Positions 45,709 to 56,530 are shown, counted from the stretch's first letter. The stretch: DNA of 64,000 nucleotides from Acutalibacteraceae bacterium (GCA_045631965.1 JAZQVR010000010.1:1-64000); one strand, 5' to 3'. Numbers and translations are program-made. Notes: generated from the sequence alone by a model not told the origin.

Positions 45709-47514
45709 TCAGTTTGTGTTTTCTTTATACTTTTCAGCCTGAAGATTGAACATATAGGCATATTTGCCGTTCATAGCCATAAGCTCCTCATGCGAGCCGC
45801 TTTCGACGATTTCACCGTTTTCGAGCATATAGATAACATCTGCCATAACGGTTGTGGACAAGCGGTGTGAGATAAATATAACCGTCTTATCCTTTGCCGC
45901 ACGCGACATTGCTTCGTTGAGCGAATACTCTGAAACGGGGTCGAGGTTTGCACTCGGCTCATCAAGAATCGCAAAAGGACAGTCTTTATAGAAAGCACGT
46001 GCAACGGCAACCTTCTGAGCCTCACCGCCTGAGAGAGACAGGCCTTCATCATCAAACTCACGGAGCAGTATAGAATCCGTACCGTTGGGCAGCTTCTTTT
46101 CAAAGCTGCTCTCTTTGAGTGCCGCCGCTACCTTTGATTTATCGGGATTTTCTTCCATAGCGACATTCTCGGCAAGAGTTGCACCGAAGAGCGAGAAATC
46201 CTGGAATACGGCCGCATAGTTTTCGTGGTATGACTTTATCTTCCATTCTTTGATATTTATTCCGTCAACTGTTATTTCGCCGCTCGTAACATCGTAAAGG
46301 CGGAGAAGCAGATTGGTAAGAGTGGTCTTACCTGCACCGTTATAGCCGACAAGTGCAATTTTCTGATACGGCTTTATTTCAAGGCTGATGTTTTTAAGAG
46401 TCGGCTTATCGTTGCCCGGATAGGTAAACGAAACGTCATCAAGCTTTATTGTTACGGGTTTATCAAGCTTCTTTTCGAGCGAGCCGTCTTTGATTTTTTC
46501 TTCGGCATTCATAAACTTTTTGAATTTCTCAACATAAAGACCGTTTTCGCGGAAGGTAACGGCAAACCAGGTTGTAAGCGCAAAAATACTGCTGCTGACA
46601 TTGGCAACACCGTTGAAGGTAGCGGCAAAATCGCCCATTGATATTTCTTTAAGCACTATCGCTTTATAGCCCATATAGAGAGTTACGCCGAAGCTGATAA
46701 GAATAGTCAGCGGAAGGCTGTCCTGCGAAAAATAAAGCATACACTGCTTATAGAGGAAAGGCGAAATAGTCTTCAGACGGTCATAAATATTTGCGGTATA
46801 CCTGCGCTCTATCATTTCACCTGCAGGGTTAAGGCGCAATTCTTTGGCATAATCCTGAAGATAAAACACACGTGAGAAATACATATTCTTGCGGTCAAGC
46901 GGAGTCATCGCCTGCTTTTTGGCAACATTTACCTTTGCAATCATTCTGCCGATAAGAACCATAATTCCGACACAGGCGAGAACAAAAACAATGCTTATGC
47001 GATCGATACTGACAATAATCGCAGTGACGGTAAAAATCGAAAACAGATTGGTGACAATATGCCGTGTGCAGCTCATAACGCTTTCCGCTCTGTCGCTCAT
47101 CGAATTCATCGCAAGAACAAAATCGTTATAAAACTCAGGGTCATCATAGGACTGAAAATCCATTTTTGCCGCTTTTTCATAAATTGCAGTATACAGCTTA
47201 TGGTAAAGCTTTTCACTCTGCTTGGGTACATAAATCTCGTAAACAATTGTATTATAGAGGTTGCCGAAAATAATAAAGAACGCAAAAATCGCAAAAGCGA
47301 TAAGTATACGGTGGTAATCTCTGCCCTCCTGCACAACATCGATTATATACTTGAGCAGTACAACGTTTGACAGCAGCCACGGCAGATTTGTGAGCACATC
47401 GGCAAGTATATAATGGAACATAAGAAAAGGAGAATGCTTTGTTATAAACCGCAGCATATACACATAGTTCCGTATGCTGTGCGATTTCTCTGCCTGCTTT
47501 TTCTTATTCTTCAT
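45709..47514 (-). CDS. ABC transporter, fused permease-ATPase (type I exporter half-transporter, partner B)
   Basis: Six TM helices then an NBD with Walker A GYNGAGKTT, signature LSGGEAQKVAVARA and Walker B ILDEP. Start at ATG 47514, which has the RBS AGGAGG. The ORF track's longer N-terminal extension was rejected. Overlaps the partner gene by 11 nt. Confidence 0.85.
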   Translation of the reverse strand: MKNKKKQAEKSHSIRNYVYMLRFITKHSPFLMFHYILADVLTNLPWLLSNVVLLKYIIDVVQEGRDYHRILIAFAIFAFFIIFGNLYNTIVYEIYVPKQSEKLYHKLYTAIYEKAAKMDFQSYDDPEFYNDFVLAMNSMSDRAESVMSCTRHIVTNLFSIFTVTAIIVSIDRISIVFVLACVGIMVLIGRMIAKVNVAKKQAMTPLDRKNMYFSRVFYLQDYAKELRLNPAGEMIERRYTANIYDRLKTISPFLYKQCMLYFSQDSLPLTILISFGVTLYMGYKAIVLKEISMGDFAATFNGVANVSSSIFALTTWFAVTFRENGLYVEKFKKFMNAEEKIKDGSLEKKLDKPVTIKLDDVSFTYPGNDKPTLKNISLEIKPYQKIALVGYNGAGKTTLTNLLLRLYDVTSGEITVDGINIKEWKIKSYHENYAAVFQDFSLFGATLAENVAMEENPDKSKVAAALKESSFEKKLPNGTDSILLREFDDEGLSLSGGEAQKVAVARAFYKDCPFAILDEPSANLDPVSEYSLNEAMSRAAKDKTVIFISHRLSTTVMADVIYMLENGEIVESGSHEELMAMNGKYAYMFNLQAEKYKENTN

Positions 47515-49351
47515 CGCCGTCACCCTCCTCTCTGTAGCCTGATGCCTGAAGGGTAAACATCTCGCAGTATGCTCCGCCAAGATCCATAAGAGCCTCGTGT
47601 GTGCCCTGCTCGATAAGCTCGCCGCCCGCAAAGACAAGTATATTGTCACTGCGTGTTGCGCTTGAAAGACGGTGAGAAATATAGATTACGGTTTTGTCCC
47701 TTGTACCCTCCATAAGGTTATCATACATAGCAGACTCCGCAACAGGGTCGAGCGCAGATGAAGGCTCGTCAAGAATTGCAATATCAAACTGCTTTGCAAA
47801 CATTCTTGCAATTGTTACCTTCTGGCTCTCTCCGCCCGAAAGCAGAGCACCCTCATCATCAAACTCTCTTGTGAGAAGATTGTTTATGCCCATTGGCAGA
47901 GTTTCGATTTTGCCGTAAACACCGCTTTGTACGAGCGATTTTTCGGCACGTGAAATGTTATTCTCATCGACCTCTTCTATAAGCACATTCTCGGCAACAG
48001 TCATTGCAAAAACCATATAATCCTGGAATACGCTTGCAAAACGCTCGCGGTATTTCAAGAGGTCATATTCTTTTATATTTATACTATTGTAAAGTATTTC
48101 GCCTTCACTGACATCATAAAGGCGCATCATCAGCTTTGAGAGAGTTGTTTTGCCTGCACCGTTGTGGCCGACAACAGCTATACTCTCACCTTTGCTGATT
48201 TTAAATGAAACATCTTTAAGGGTATAATCTTTGTTTTCGCCGTAGCGGAAGGACACGTTTTTAAATTCAAGGCTTTCAAATTCGTCGGGAATAATTTCAC
48301 CGCTTTTAATTTTAGGCTCATAGGCCAGAAACTCACGCATATTCTGCACCCAGAGGCAGTGCTTCTGCTGCATTGTGAAATAATGTGCAAGCTGATTGAG
48401 CTTGTTACGGCAGTTTGTTATTGCCGAAACCAACACGGAAAAATCCGAAACGGAAATATCGCCAAGTGAAATAAGACGGTAACAGCCATAGCCTAAACCG
48501 CCTGCAACAGGTATAACCTCGCCGAAAAAGTCGCTGAGTATCTCAAGCACAGCAATACGCCAGCCATACTTTTTTATAACAGCTATATTGTCATCAATCG
48601 CCTTTGCAAAGCGTCGCTTAACTACAGAAAAAATATTTGTTGTCTTGATCTCTTTTGCGAAATCCTTGAGCAAAACAGTTCTTTTCGTGTAATCCTTCTG
48701 ACGCTCAAAAGGTGTCATTTCCTTTTCTCTTGCAAACTCTGCCTGATTACGCTTGACTCTGAAAAACATAACAACAAGCGGACAGAGGATAAAAACAAGC
48801 AGAAACGGGTCAAGACTGTAGAGATAGGCGGCAAGAAAAATTATGCTGACCACACTGCCGAGTGTCCAGCCCGTACCCTCGATAATACGCTTGAAGCCGC
48901 CCTTTTCGACTACCCACGTAGCACGGTTGTAGTTATCGAAAAAATCAGGGTCTTCATAACAGCCGAGCTCAACTTGCTGTGCCTTTTTGAAAATGAGCGA
49001 ATTAAGATAGCTTTCACATTTGATTTCAAATTTTTCTCTGACAGGATGAAAAACATAGTAAGAAAAGAGGTCTATTACAATCTTGCCGAGTATGATAAGA
49101 CCTATTTTTATTGCAAACTCTTTGAACGTGCCGTTACCCTCGATAATCGAAAGCGCAGTCTGCAGAAACATAACATTGAACACAACGGCATAGTATACAT
49201 TCTCGGCTATATATGCAAGGTAAATAAGCAAAACCGACAAAGGCGAGCACTTGAGTCCGCACTTGATCATAAACCACGTATTGCGGAAAACGTGAGCCTT
49301 AGCCTTAAAATCAACAGCCTGCCTCATTTGTTTCTCCTTTCGAAAAATCAA
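47504..49351 (-). CDS. ABC transporter, fused permease-ATPase (type I exporter half-transporter, partner A)
   Basis: Six TM helices then an NBD with Walker A GHNGAGKTT, signature LSGGESQKVTIARM and Walker B ILDEPSSALD. Confidence 0.85.
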   Translation of the reverse strand: MIFRKEKQMRQAVDFKAKAHVFRNTWFMIKCGLKCSPLSVLLIYLAYIAENVYYAVVFNVMFLQTALSIIEGNGTFKEFAIKIGLIILGKIVIDLFSYYVFHPVREKFEIKCESYLNSLIFKKAQQVELGCYEDPDFFDNYNRATWVVEKGGFKRIIEGTGWTLGSVVSIIFLAAYLYSLDPFLLVFILCPLVVMFFRVKRNQAEFAREKEMTPFERQKDYTKRTVLLKDFAKEIKTTNIFSVVKRRFAKAIDDNIAVIKKYGWRIAVLEILSDFFGEVIPVAGGLGYGCYRLISLGDISVSDFSVLVSAITNCRNKLNQLAHYFTMQQKHCLWVQNMREFLAYEPKIKSGEIIPDEFESLEFKNVSFRYGENKDYTLKDVSFKISKGESIAVVGHNGAGKTTLSKLMMRLYDVSEGEILYNSINIKEYDLLKYRERFASVFQDYMVFAMTVAENVLIEEVDENNISRAEKSLVQSGVYGKIETLPMGINNLLTREFDDEGALLSGGESQKVTIARMFAKQFDIAILDEPSSALDPVAESAMYDNLMEGTRDKTVIYISHRLSSATRSDNILVFAGGELIEQGTHEALMDLGGAYCEMFTLQASGYREEGDGDEE

Positions 49352-49464
49352 CTTGATTGAATAATAGCACTTATCAGTTTAATATTCAATAAGAATATAA
49401 CAATAAAGGGTATATAATACAAGTCTTGCAATAAATGTTTCGGTATGTTATAATATCTACAGAA

Positions 49465-49499
49465 AACACCGCCGTAAAGTTGAGCTTTACAGCGGTGTT
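49465..49499. terminator. Hairpin terminator downstream of dgt-like gene
   Basis: aacaccgccgtaaag-ttgag-ctttacagcggtgtt followed by TTTTTTG. Confidence 0.5.
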
Positions 49500-49504
49500 T
49501 TTTG

Positions 49505-50701
49505 TCAATCAAAATAACCCGTATATTCTATTTTGATTTTGCTTTCGGGGAAGAGATGCTTATACAGGTCAACAAAGTAGTCATCCGTCATACTTGCGAT
49601 ATAGTCGGCAACAATCTGCGAATGCTCTGTTTCGGTATAAGGAGCAGTACGTTTGTAATGCACTTTATTTTCAAGGAAGCCGATATGGTGAGTAAATATG
49701 GGCGATGCCGTATTGCTGTCGGCAAGGTCGCTCATAAGCCGCTCAAAAAGCTGTACCATCATAGGCTTCACCGTATTTTCAAGCTTATCGCGCACAGATT
49801 TCTCTTTGTAAATATATGTGTAATTCTCTGTTTTTGCTTTTTTAAGCTCAGCAAAAATATCCTCATCCATTTTGATGTAGGGCTTGCCGTAGCTGTTTTC
49901 TACTATGTTTACACTCAGGTTATTGATTATCTCTGCATTTGTTTTGCCGAGCTTACCGTCAAAAAACAAGCTGTCGTCGGCAATATCGATACGGCTTGCA
50001 TCCTGCCTGTCTTTGCCGAGGTAGGCTATAATATCGGAAATTCGCACAACACAGCCCTCAAGCGTACACGGCACAAGCAGGCGTACATTTGCTTTATCAA
50101 GATAGCAGGCTTCAATCTGCTCATCAAACTGCCTGAAGCCTTCAAGTGATACGGGACGATACTCGCAAAGCTCCATTTCGCCGTCGTGTGCGGCAATACC
50201 GTTGAGAGTCTGCAGGCTGATATTGAACGGAAATATTTTATCGAGCACACGCACCGAATGAATATTGTGGCTGAAATGTCTGCCGCTGTATTTGCAAAGC
50301 AGCTCATCAAGATAAGCCTCGCCTGCGTGACCGAAAGGCGTATGACCTATATCGTGGCCGAGTGCTATAGCCTCAATAAGCTCAAGGTTAAGACCGAGTG
50401 CTTTGCCTATAGTGCGGGCGATGCGTGACACCAACTGCACATGAAGTGCACGTCTGGTCATATCATCATTTTTATAAAATGAAAACACCTGCGTTTTATC
50501 TGTATAGCGGTTGTAATACGGGCAGTGCATAATTTTATCTATATCGCGGATAAAAGGTGTACGCAATATGCTTGGCTTATCGTGCGACATATCACGGCGA
50601 AGCACCAGGCTATCGTCAAAGGCAAATTGCGGCACAGTGCCATCCTTTCTGTCCGATTCGATTTTTCGTGCAACTGTCTGCGACAAAGGAATATATTTCA
50701 T
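49505..50701 (-). CDS. dgt: dGTP triphosphohydrolase-like HD-domain protein (Dgt family)
   Basis: HD motif LGHDIGHTPFGHAGE. About 400 aa, consistent with the short bacterial dGTPase-like family. Confidence 0.7.
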   Translation of the reverse strand: MKYIPLSQTVARKIESDRKDGTVPQFAFDDSLVLRRDMSHDKPSILRTPFIRDIDKIMHCPYYNRYTDKTQVFSFYKNDDMTRRALHVQLVSRIARTIGKALGLNLELIEAIALGHDIGHTPFGHAGEAYLDELLCKYSGRHFSHNIHSVRVLDKIFPFNISLQTLNGIAAHDGEMELCEYRPVSLEGFRQFDEQIEACYLDKANVRLLVPCTLEGCVVRISDIIAYLGKDRQDASRIDIADDSLFFDGKLGKTNAEIINNLSVNIVENSYGKPYIKMDEDIFAELKKAKTENYTYIYKEKSVRDKLENTVKPMMVQLFERLMSDLADSNTASPIFTHHIGFLENKVHYKRTAPYTETEHSQIVADYIASMTDDYFVDLYKHLFPESKIKIEYTGYFD

Positions 50702-50815
50702 AAAAGCACCTCGGTAACATTATAGCAGACAAAATTTCAAAAATCAAAAATATTGACAGAAAAAAGCAATAATAGTATTATGTAAGCATAATTTTTCAGT
50801 AAAGGAATTACCGTT

Positions 50816-51370
50816 ATGAAAAAAGTTACTGCTTTTATTCTGGCTCTGGTTATTGTTTTTTCGTTGAGTATTACGGTGTTTGCGGCTGATGAAGCTGAAG
50901 AAAAAGGCACATTTTCCGATTACAGATTCCAATATTATTCACGCGAAGAAGTGCTGACTATAGCAGACCGCATTGCAACCGCAGCGTTTTACGAACCGTT
51001 TTGGCCAACAGAAGACACCGAATCGGTAATCATCTCGCTCGACCTTCGTTCCAACCCCGAACTTGGCAACATATCGGTTTTTATCGAATCGGTACGTGCA
51101 ATGGTCGACCGCTCGGCCGACTATGTAACCGACACAACGGATAGCGTAGAACTTATGAATTACAATCAGGTTGCAGGCGAGCTTGCACTTCACGTCGCAC
51201 TGCTGATGCTTCTGGACAATTATGCAGATACAGGACTTATCGAAAACGTAGAAGATCTTTACATAAAAACAGAAATTGCCGACCTCAACATCGACGAACA
51301 AAGAATTTCACCGCAGTTTATAAACCTTGTCGGCACGCTTATAATGAACGTACTTGACATAGCATTTTAA
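50816..51370 (+). CDS. Secreted protein of unknown function
   Basis: Signal peptide MKKVTAFILALVIVFSLSITVFA|ADE. Confidence 0.4.
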   Translation: MKKVTAFILALVIVFSLSITVFAADEAEEKGTFSDYRFQYYSREEVLTIADRIATAAFYEPFWPTEDTESVIISLDLRSNPELGNISVFIESVRAMVDRSADYVTDTTDSVELMNYNQVAGELALHVALLMLLDNYADTGLIENVEDLYIKTEIADLNIDEQRISPQFINLVGTLIMNVLDIAF

Positions 51371-51387
51371 AAAGGAGAATTGACAAT

Positions 51388-51951
51388 ATGCTTACACTTG
51401 ACAGAGCCAAGGAGCTGCTCGCAACTACAACAACCGAGCCGCATCTCATAATCCACGCCAAAAACGTTATGGCGGCTATGGGCGGCCTTGCAAAACATTT
51501 CGGCGAGGACGAGGCTTACTGGCAGGCAATAGGTTACCTGCACGATTACGACTATGAGCAGCACCCTGAAGAGCACCTTCAGTTTACCGCAGAGCCGCTC
51601 AGAGAAGCCGGGCTTGACGAAACTGAAATCAGAGCCATACTTGCTCACGGCTACTCAATAATAAATGATGTTGAGCCGATTACAAATATGGAAAAATCCC
51701 TCTTTACCGTTGATGAGCTTACAGGCATAATTCAGGCGGCTGCAAGAATGAGACCTGCAGGAATCACCGATATGGAAACTTCGAGCTTTATGAAAAAGTT
51801 CAAGGATAAAAAATTCGCCGCAAAGTGCGACAGAGAGCTGATAAAAAAAGGCTGCGAAATGCTCGGTATGGAAGTAAAGGAAGTTGCCGCAATCTGTATT
51901 GAGGCTATGAAAGAAATGGCTGACGAGCTCGGAATAGGTGCAAAGGAATAA
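51388..51951 (+). CDS. HD-superfamily phosphohydrolase (putative)
   Basis: His/Asp-containing segments (HAKNVM ... IGYLHDYDY ... LAHGYS) consistent with an HD fold. Weak call. Confidence 0.45.
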   Translation: MLTLDRAKELLATTTTEPHLIIHAKNVMAAMGGLAKHFGEDEAYWQAIGYLHDYDYEQHPEEHLQFTAEPLREAGLDETEIRAILAHGYSIINDVEPITNMEKSLFTVDELTGIIQAAARMRPAGITDMETSSFMKKFKDKKFAAKCDRELIKKGCEMLGMEVKEVAAICIEAMKEMADELGIGAKE

Positions 51952-51955
51952 AATT

Positions 51956-51982
51956 TAAGGAGCTGTTTTTACAGCTCCTTAA
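51956..51982. terminator. Bidirectional hairpin terminator
   Basis: ttaaggagctg-ttttta-cagctccttaa between convergent stops. Confidence 0.55.
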
Positions 51983-51985
51983 ATT

Positions 51986-54421
51986 TTATGAAAGCTTTAT
52001 GCGTACTGTTTTGATTTCCCACGGTCTGAAGCTCAGCTTACCGCCTGCGATTTCTGCCGTCACGTTGGCAAGCAGGTCGGTTTCAGCATCCGCAACACCG
52101 AAATCGGACGTAAGCACTGCCGAAGCAAATTTATCGGAATAGTTACAGAAACGGGCATAGATATATCCGTTTTCGGGATAGAGCGAAGTGAGAATAACAG
52201 CCTCGTTATCGGACTCAAAGCTGACAGGCTTAATCTCGGCAAGGTCACCGTCACCTGCCTTGATGCAGGCACATTCCGGCTGATAAGCATAAGAGAGAGC
52301 CTTTGTATGAAGAGCGGCATCGCTCATATCCGCACTAAAGGGATAAATTGCAAACTCATCGTCATAAACACCGTCGAGCATCTTTGTGCCGCACATATAT
52401 TCATTGGAATAAACAAGCGGAATCAGCACACGGTTGCCCTGAATTGCAGAACCCATACAGCCACGGTTGAAAACAGCTACACCATTTTTGCTGTCACGCA
52501 GACAAAGCCAATAGATGCCGTGCATATAAGTTGTGGAATTGAATGACTCCTCCTGCGGCACTTCGGTATCGATAAGAATAAGGTCGTTGGGATACCAATA
52601 CTCCTCTGTTTTAAGCACAGCACCGTTCCAGTCGGAGATTGAATAAGGCAGGTCACGCACCATACGTCTGTCACTGTCAAGACAAGCATTCATAACAAAA
52701 CAGAGCTTATCCTCGTGATGATGTCCGTTGCGTGTAAGCGGTACGGGTCTGCCCTGGGTAATATCGGTGCGACCTATCTTCTCACCGTGGACTTCGAAGG
52801 TGGTTTTGCAGTCAATACGCTCGTTTTCACCGTTAAAGCACATCTCAAAAGTAAAAGGAACAGTACCTATTTTACCTTTTTGTGTCGCAGTAGCAGTAAA
52901 GGTGTTTATCTTTACACTCCACTCGCCAAGAGATACGCGGTCATCTCCGTCAATCCACGCAGTGAAAAGAGCACCCTCGCCGTTGTCAAATATCCTTCTG
53001 CCTGACTTGTCAGCTATATAAACTATGCCTTTTTCGTTGAGTTTAGCGGTATACAGCGGTGTTTTCAGCTCACCGCTATCTGCTGACCACACAAAACCCG
53101 ATGCCTTTTCAACAGCGGTTTCGCTTAATGAATATCGTTTAGCAGTAAAGGGATTGAACTTTACTCGAACTTTAAGTTTTCCGTCACAATATTCGCTCTC
53201 AATATTATCTTCGCCGTCATAAACAGCATAATTCTTGTCGGTTTCAACCTCAATCCACTCATCAACAGCAAAAGAATGCAGGTTGGTAACAAGAAGCGAC
53301 TCACCGTTTTTATCGGCAAAGCGAGAAGCGGCAAAAGAAAGAGAATCAGCCTTGACACCGTCGGCAAGCTCAAGCGATTCGGGAATAAAGCGACGCGCAA
53401 GGTCGAGCAGGCCGCAGATTGTTACATCGTGATGCTGTGCCGCCATAGCATATTTCCAAGCTTCCTCGCTCTGCTTTTCAAGCGATTCACCGCCGAGAAT
53501 TACGCTGAAAGCATTGAGCTTTTCTGCCTGCACTGCATTGACCTCGCTTGCACGCACACCGTTGAAAATTTCGTTACCGCAGTAGCCCCATGGCATCTGC
53601 ACGTGGAAATCGTTGTCGGTAGTATCGAGCATATCGGTTGCTTCGCCGTAGATTTCTGGAATATCCTCGAGCAAAACATATTCGTAATTATCTTTAGACT
53701 CGATATACTCGGTAAGTCTTTCGATAGGCTGGCATACATCATCATAACGCGAAGCCAGAAGCGGCTTATATTTTTTGAATTTTTCTTCAAAATCTTCAGG
53801 CTCGTAGCCTGCTTCACCCTCTGACCAGCGGGAAAGAATCCAGTTATCGAGAGTTGTGCAGTTATATCCCCTGCCCTGCTCAGGATAGGTCGGCACGGCA
53901 GGAACTGCGGTTCTATCCTTGCCAATCCATAGTCCCCACGCGGAGTCAAAATTCTTCGGGTAACCGTAGCCCATAACGTGCGAGCGAAGCAAAGCCGCAT
54001 CATAGCCGCACTGACTGATAAGCTGCGGAGTCTGATTATGAAGTGCAAACTCGGAAATGCTGTATACATTCGGAGTGATGCCGAAATAATGAAGATTTGT
54101 ACGCACGGCGTATGAGAGCTGACGTGCGTTTGACTCCTCTGATACGGTAAGTGCAAGAGGCTGACCGTATGTAGTAGCACCGAGGCCTACTCTGCCCGGA
54201 TATTTTTTGAGCAGATATGACACCGTTTCAACAATTTCGGGGTCACACCTTGTATATTCGTCAAAAGTAAAGGATTCATAATCAAGGCCGATTCTGAGTT
54301 TCGGATATTTTTCGAGCCATTCATCAATATTTTTAAGCCTCGGCTTAAGCCAGTCGCCCCAGAGGACATAGCCGCCGTGCTCATAGGTAAGGATATATAA
54401 TTTATCTGCCATAAAAAGCAC
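51986..54421 (-). CDS. Large glycoside-hydrolase-like protein (GH38/GH57-superfamily-like N-terminal domain); specificity unknown
   Basis: 811 aa and cytoplasmic (no signal peptide). The N-terminal (beta/alpha)-barrel-like region is loosely reminiscent of GH38/GH57. Low confidence. Confidence 0.35.
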   Translation of the reverse strand: MLFMADKLYILTYEHGGYVLWGDWLKPRLKNIDEWLEKYPKLRIGLDYESFTFDEYTRCDPEIVETVSYLLKKYPGRVGLGATTYGQPLALTVSEESNARQLSYAVRTNLHYFGITPNVYSISEFALHNQTPQLISQCGYDAALLRSHVMGYGYPKNFDSAWGLWIGKDRTAVPAVPTYPEQGRGYNCTTLDNWILSRWSEGEAGYEPEDFEEKFKKYKPLLASRYDDVCQPIERLTEYIESKDNYEYVLLEDIPEIYGEATDMLDTTDNDFHVQMPWGYCGNEIFNGVRASEVNAVQAEKLNAFSVILGGESLEKQSEEAWKYAMAAQHHDVTICGLLDLARRFIPESLELADGVKADSLSFAASRFADKNGESLLVTNLHSFAVDEWIEVETDKNYAVYDGEDNIESEYCDGKLKVRVKFNPFTAKRYSLSETAVEKASGFVWSADSGELKTPLYTAKLNEKGIVYIADKSGRRIFDNGEGALFTAWIDGDDRVSLGEWSVKINTFTATATQKGKIGTVPFTFEMCFNGENERIDCKTTFEVHGEKIGRTDITQGRPVPLTRNGHHHEDKLCFVMNACLDSDRRMVRDLPYSISDWNGAVLKTEEYWYPNDLILIDTEVPQEESFNSTTYMHGIYWLCLRDSKNGVAVFNRGCMGSAIQGNRVLIPLVYSNEYMCGTKMLDGVYDDEFAIYPFSADMSDAALHTKALSYAYQPECACIKAGDGDLAEIKPVSFESDNEAVILTSLYPENGYIYARFCNYSDKFASAVLTSDFGVADAETDLLANVTAEIAGGKLSFRPWEIKTVRIKLS

Positions 54422-54542
54422 CTCCGTTTTTTAAAATAATATCACTGCTCACTTAACGCTGTCAATTATATTTATTTTTAAGATTGACTAAAAATAATAC
54501 ATATTGTACAATAAAGGCACCAAAACCAACGGAGGAAAAACA

Positions 54543-56198
54543 ATGAAGAAAAGAGTTTTACGCATAGTTTCAATTGCGATGTGCTTTGTGATGCTGTTTA
54601 CAGGCTCAACACTCGGCACAAACGCAGCACAGCCTCAGGAAGAAAACGCAGCAACAGACTTTATTATGAAAGGTCTTTACAACACACTCAATGTAGTTGT
54701 TGAAGGACTTGTAAAATCAATCTGCACAATTTATCTCGACCCCAACGATTGGCAGAGTCTTGACGATTACGATGCAGACGAAATCGGCTTTATGCCCGGT
54801 CGCGATACATATCAGACCGAAGCTGCAGAAAACGCTGTATGGAAGCTCGGCTATGCAAAAAAGAGCATCGTACCCGATGATATAGACAGCGGCAAGTACA
54901 ACCTCGGCCGTGACCTGCTCAACAAGTACGCTCAGGGTGTATACGATGACCAGTGCATCCGCGTAACAGTGCTTGACGACAACAGCGGTGAAGGTGCAGT
55001 AGTGCTTGCAGCGGTTGATGCACTCGGCGTTACATCAACTGACACACGCACAATCCGCAAGGCAATCCTTGAGTACTGCGAAAAGAACAACATCAAGGTT
55101 GCAAGTATCAATATCAGTGCAACTCACGCACACTCCGCACTTGACACACAGGGTGTCAGCACAGAGTTTTTCACAAAGCTCCTCGCTGCATTCTGGAAGA
55201 ATCTGCTCGGACTTAATATGACAATCCCCGGCCTTGAAACAGCAGAAGCATTCAAGCAGCACTTTATCGACACATCGGTCGAAGCTATCAAAGAAGCTCT
55301 CGGCAATATGGAAGAAGGCAAGCTTTACTTCTCCGCTATTGATATGAGCGAGTATTTCAAAGATAAGCGTGACCTTATCTCCAAAGAAGACCTGCCTGAA
55401 ACAGCAAGCTTCTGCTTCATTCCCGATTCAGGCAACGCTCCCACATACATAAGTGACATCACCTGCCACGCAACATCATTCAGCGCAAGCAACGGCCTTG
55501 TAGGCTCCGACTACATCTACTACATTGACAAATACATTAAGGAAACAAACGGCGGCAACTTCATTATGATTCCGGGTGCTGTCGGTCAGGTTTCACGCGA
55601 TATCGATGTCGACACAACAGGTATGACAGAGTACGAAGAAAAGGGTGCACAGGCAAGATACCTCGGCACTGTACTCGGCGATATGATTATTTCTGCCGAC
55701 TATGCAACTGAGCTTGAGCCGATTATCAACGTCAAGCACAGAGAGCTTTTCATCACACCCGAAAACAGCATTCTCACTCTCGCTTGTGAAATCGGCCTTG
55801 TAAACAACAAGATTTTCTACACAGGCACAGGCTTCGGCAGAGAGTACTGTATGGCTACTGAAATGGGATACCTTGAGTTTGGCAACGAAATCGGTCTCGC
55901 ACTCTTCCCTGCAGAGCTTTATCCCGAAGTTTTCTGGGATGACGAAATTACAGGCGGTGCAAACTGGGACGGCACCGAGTGGCAGTATGACAGCCTTTCA
56001 GAATCAGTTGACGGCGTTACCGTATACGCAGTAAGCCTTACAAACGATGCTATCGGCTACGTGCTTACCGACAACAACTTTGCATTTATGGGTCACATCA
56101 TCGGCGACGGTATTGCCGACGAGACTCTCTCCGTAGGCAAGCACACAGGCTCATACCTTGTTACCGAATACTACGCACTTATTGATTCACTTAAATAA
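54543..56198 (+). CDS. Secreted neutral/alkaline ceramidase-like hydrolase
   Basis: Signal peptide. The segments RVTVLDDNSGEGAVVLAAVDALGVT and ISATHAHSALDTQG resemble the neutral ceramidase N-domain. Start at ATG 54543 with the RBS GGAGGAAAAA. Confidence 0.45.
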   Translation: MKKRVLRIVSIAMCFVMLFTGSTLGTNAAQPQEENAATDFIMKGLYNTLNVVVEGLVKSICTIYLDPNDWQSLDDYDADEIGFMPGRDTYQTEAAENAVWKLGYAKKSIVPDDIDSGKYNLGRDLLNKYAQGVYDDQCIRVTVLDDNSGEGAVVLAAVDALGVTSTDTRTIRKAILEYCEKNNIKVASINISATHAHSALDTQGVSTEFFTKLLAAFWKNLLGLNMTIPGLETAEAFKQHFIDTSVEAIKEALGNMEEGKLYFSAIDMSEYFKDKRDLISKEDLPETASFCFIPDSGNAPTYISDITCHATSFSASNGLVGSDYIYYIDKYIKETNGGNFIMIPGAVGQVSRDIDVDTTGMTEYEEKGAQARYLGTVLGDMIISADYATELEPIINVKHRELFITPENSILTLACEIGLVNNKIFYTGTGFGREYCMATEMGYLEFGNEIGLALFPAELYPEVFWDDEITGGANWDGTEWQYDSLSESVDGVTVYAVSLTNDAIGYVLTDNNFAFMGHIIGDGIADETLSVGKHTGSYLVTEYYALIDSLK

Positions 56199-56239
56199 TA
56201 AGATTGCATAATAAAACGTACCATTAAAGGCAGTAAAAA

Positions 56240-56272
56240 AGGATGTGTAGAAATTCTACACATCCTTTTGTT
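56240..56272. terminator. Bidirectional hairpin terminator
   Basis: aaaggatgtgtagaa-att-ctacacatccttttg. Confidence 0.55.
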
Positions 56273-56281
56273 ATGCTTAAA

Positions 56282-56530
56282 TTACTTTGTGCAAACAAGT
56301 TTTTCTTCAAGCATTTCAGCAATACAGTCAACACTGTGCCATACTGCCGCATCAACCTGAGTCGGCTGAATTTCAATACCGAGTCTGTCATCAACCTCGT
56401 TGATAAACTCGATAAAAGCAAGCGAATCAAGTATTCCGTCTTCAATAAGGTCTGCATTTTCGTCAATCGGCGACAAACCTGTAATATCTTCCAGTATTTT
56501 CACGACTTTATTTTTCATCAGACATAACAC
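56282..56530 (-). CDS. Acyl/D-alanyl carrier protein (PP-binding)
   Basis: 82 aa. The motif GILDSLAFIEFI has the conserved Ser in a DSL context. Translationally coupled to the upstream ligase. Confidence 0.65.
   Translation of the reverse strand: MLCLMKNKVVKILEDITGLSPIDENADLIEDGILDSLAFIEFINEVDDRLGIEIQPTQVDAAVWHSVDCIAEMLEEKLVCTK

Noticed and set aside
47515-47649. Upstream in-frame extension of the ABC transporter ORF (MTIYLSLRAAS...)
   Set aside because: The extension overlaps the 3' end of the partner ABC gene by >140 nt and lacks an RBS. The ATG at 47514 has a consensus AGGAGG RBS and gives the typical basic N-terminus (MKNKKKQ...).
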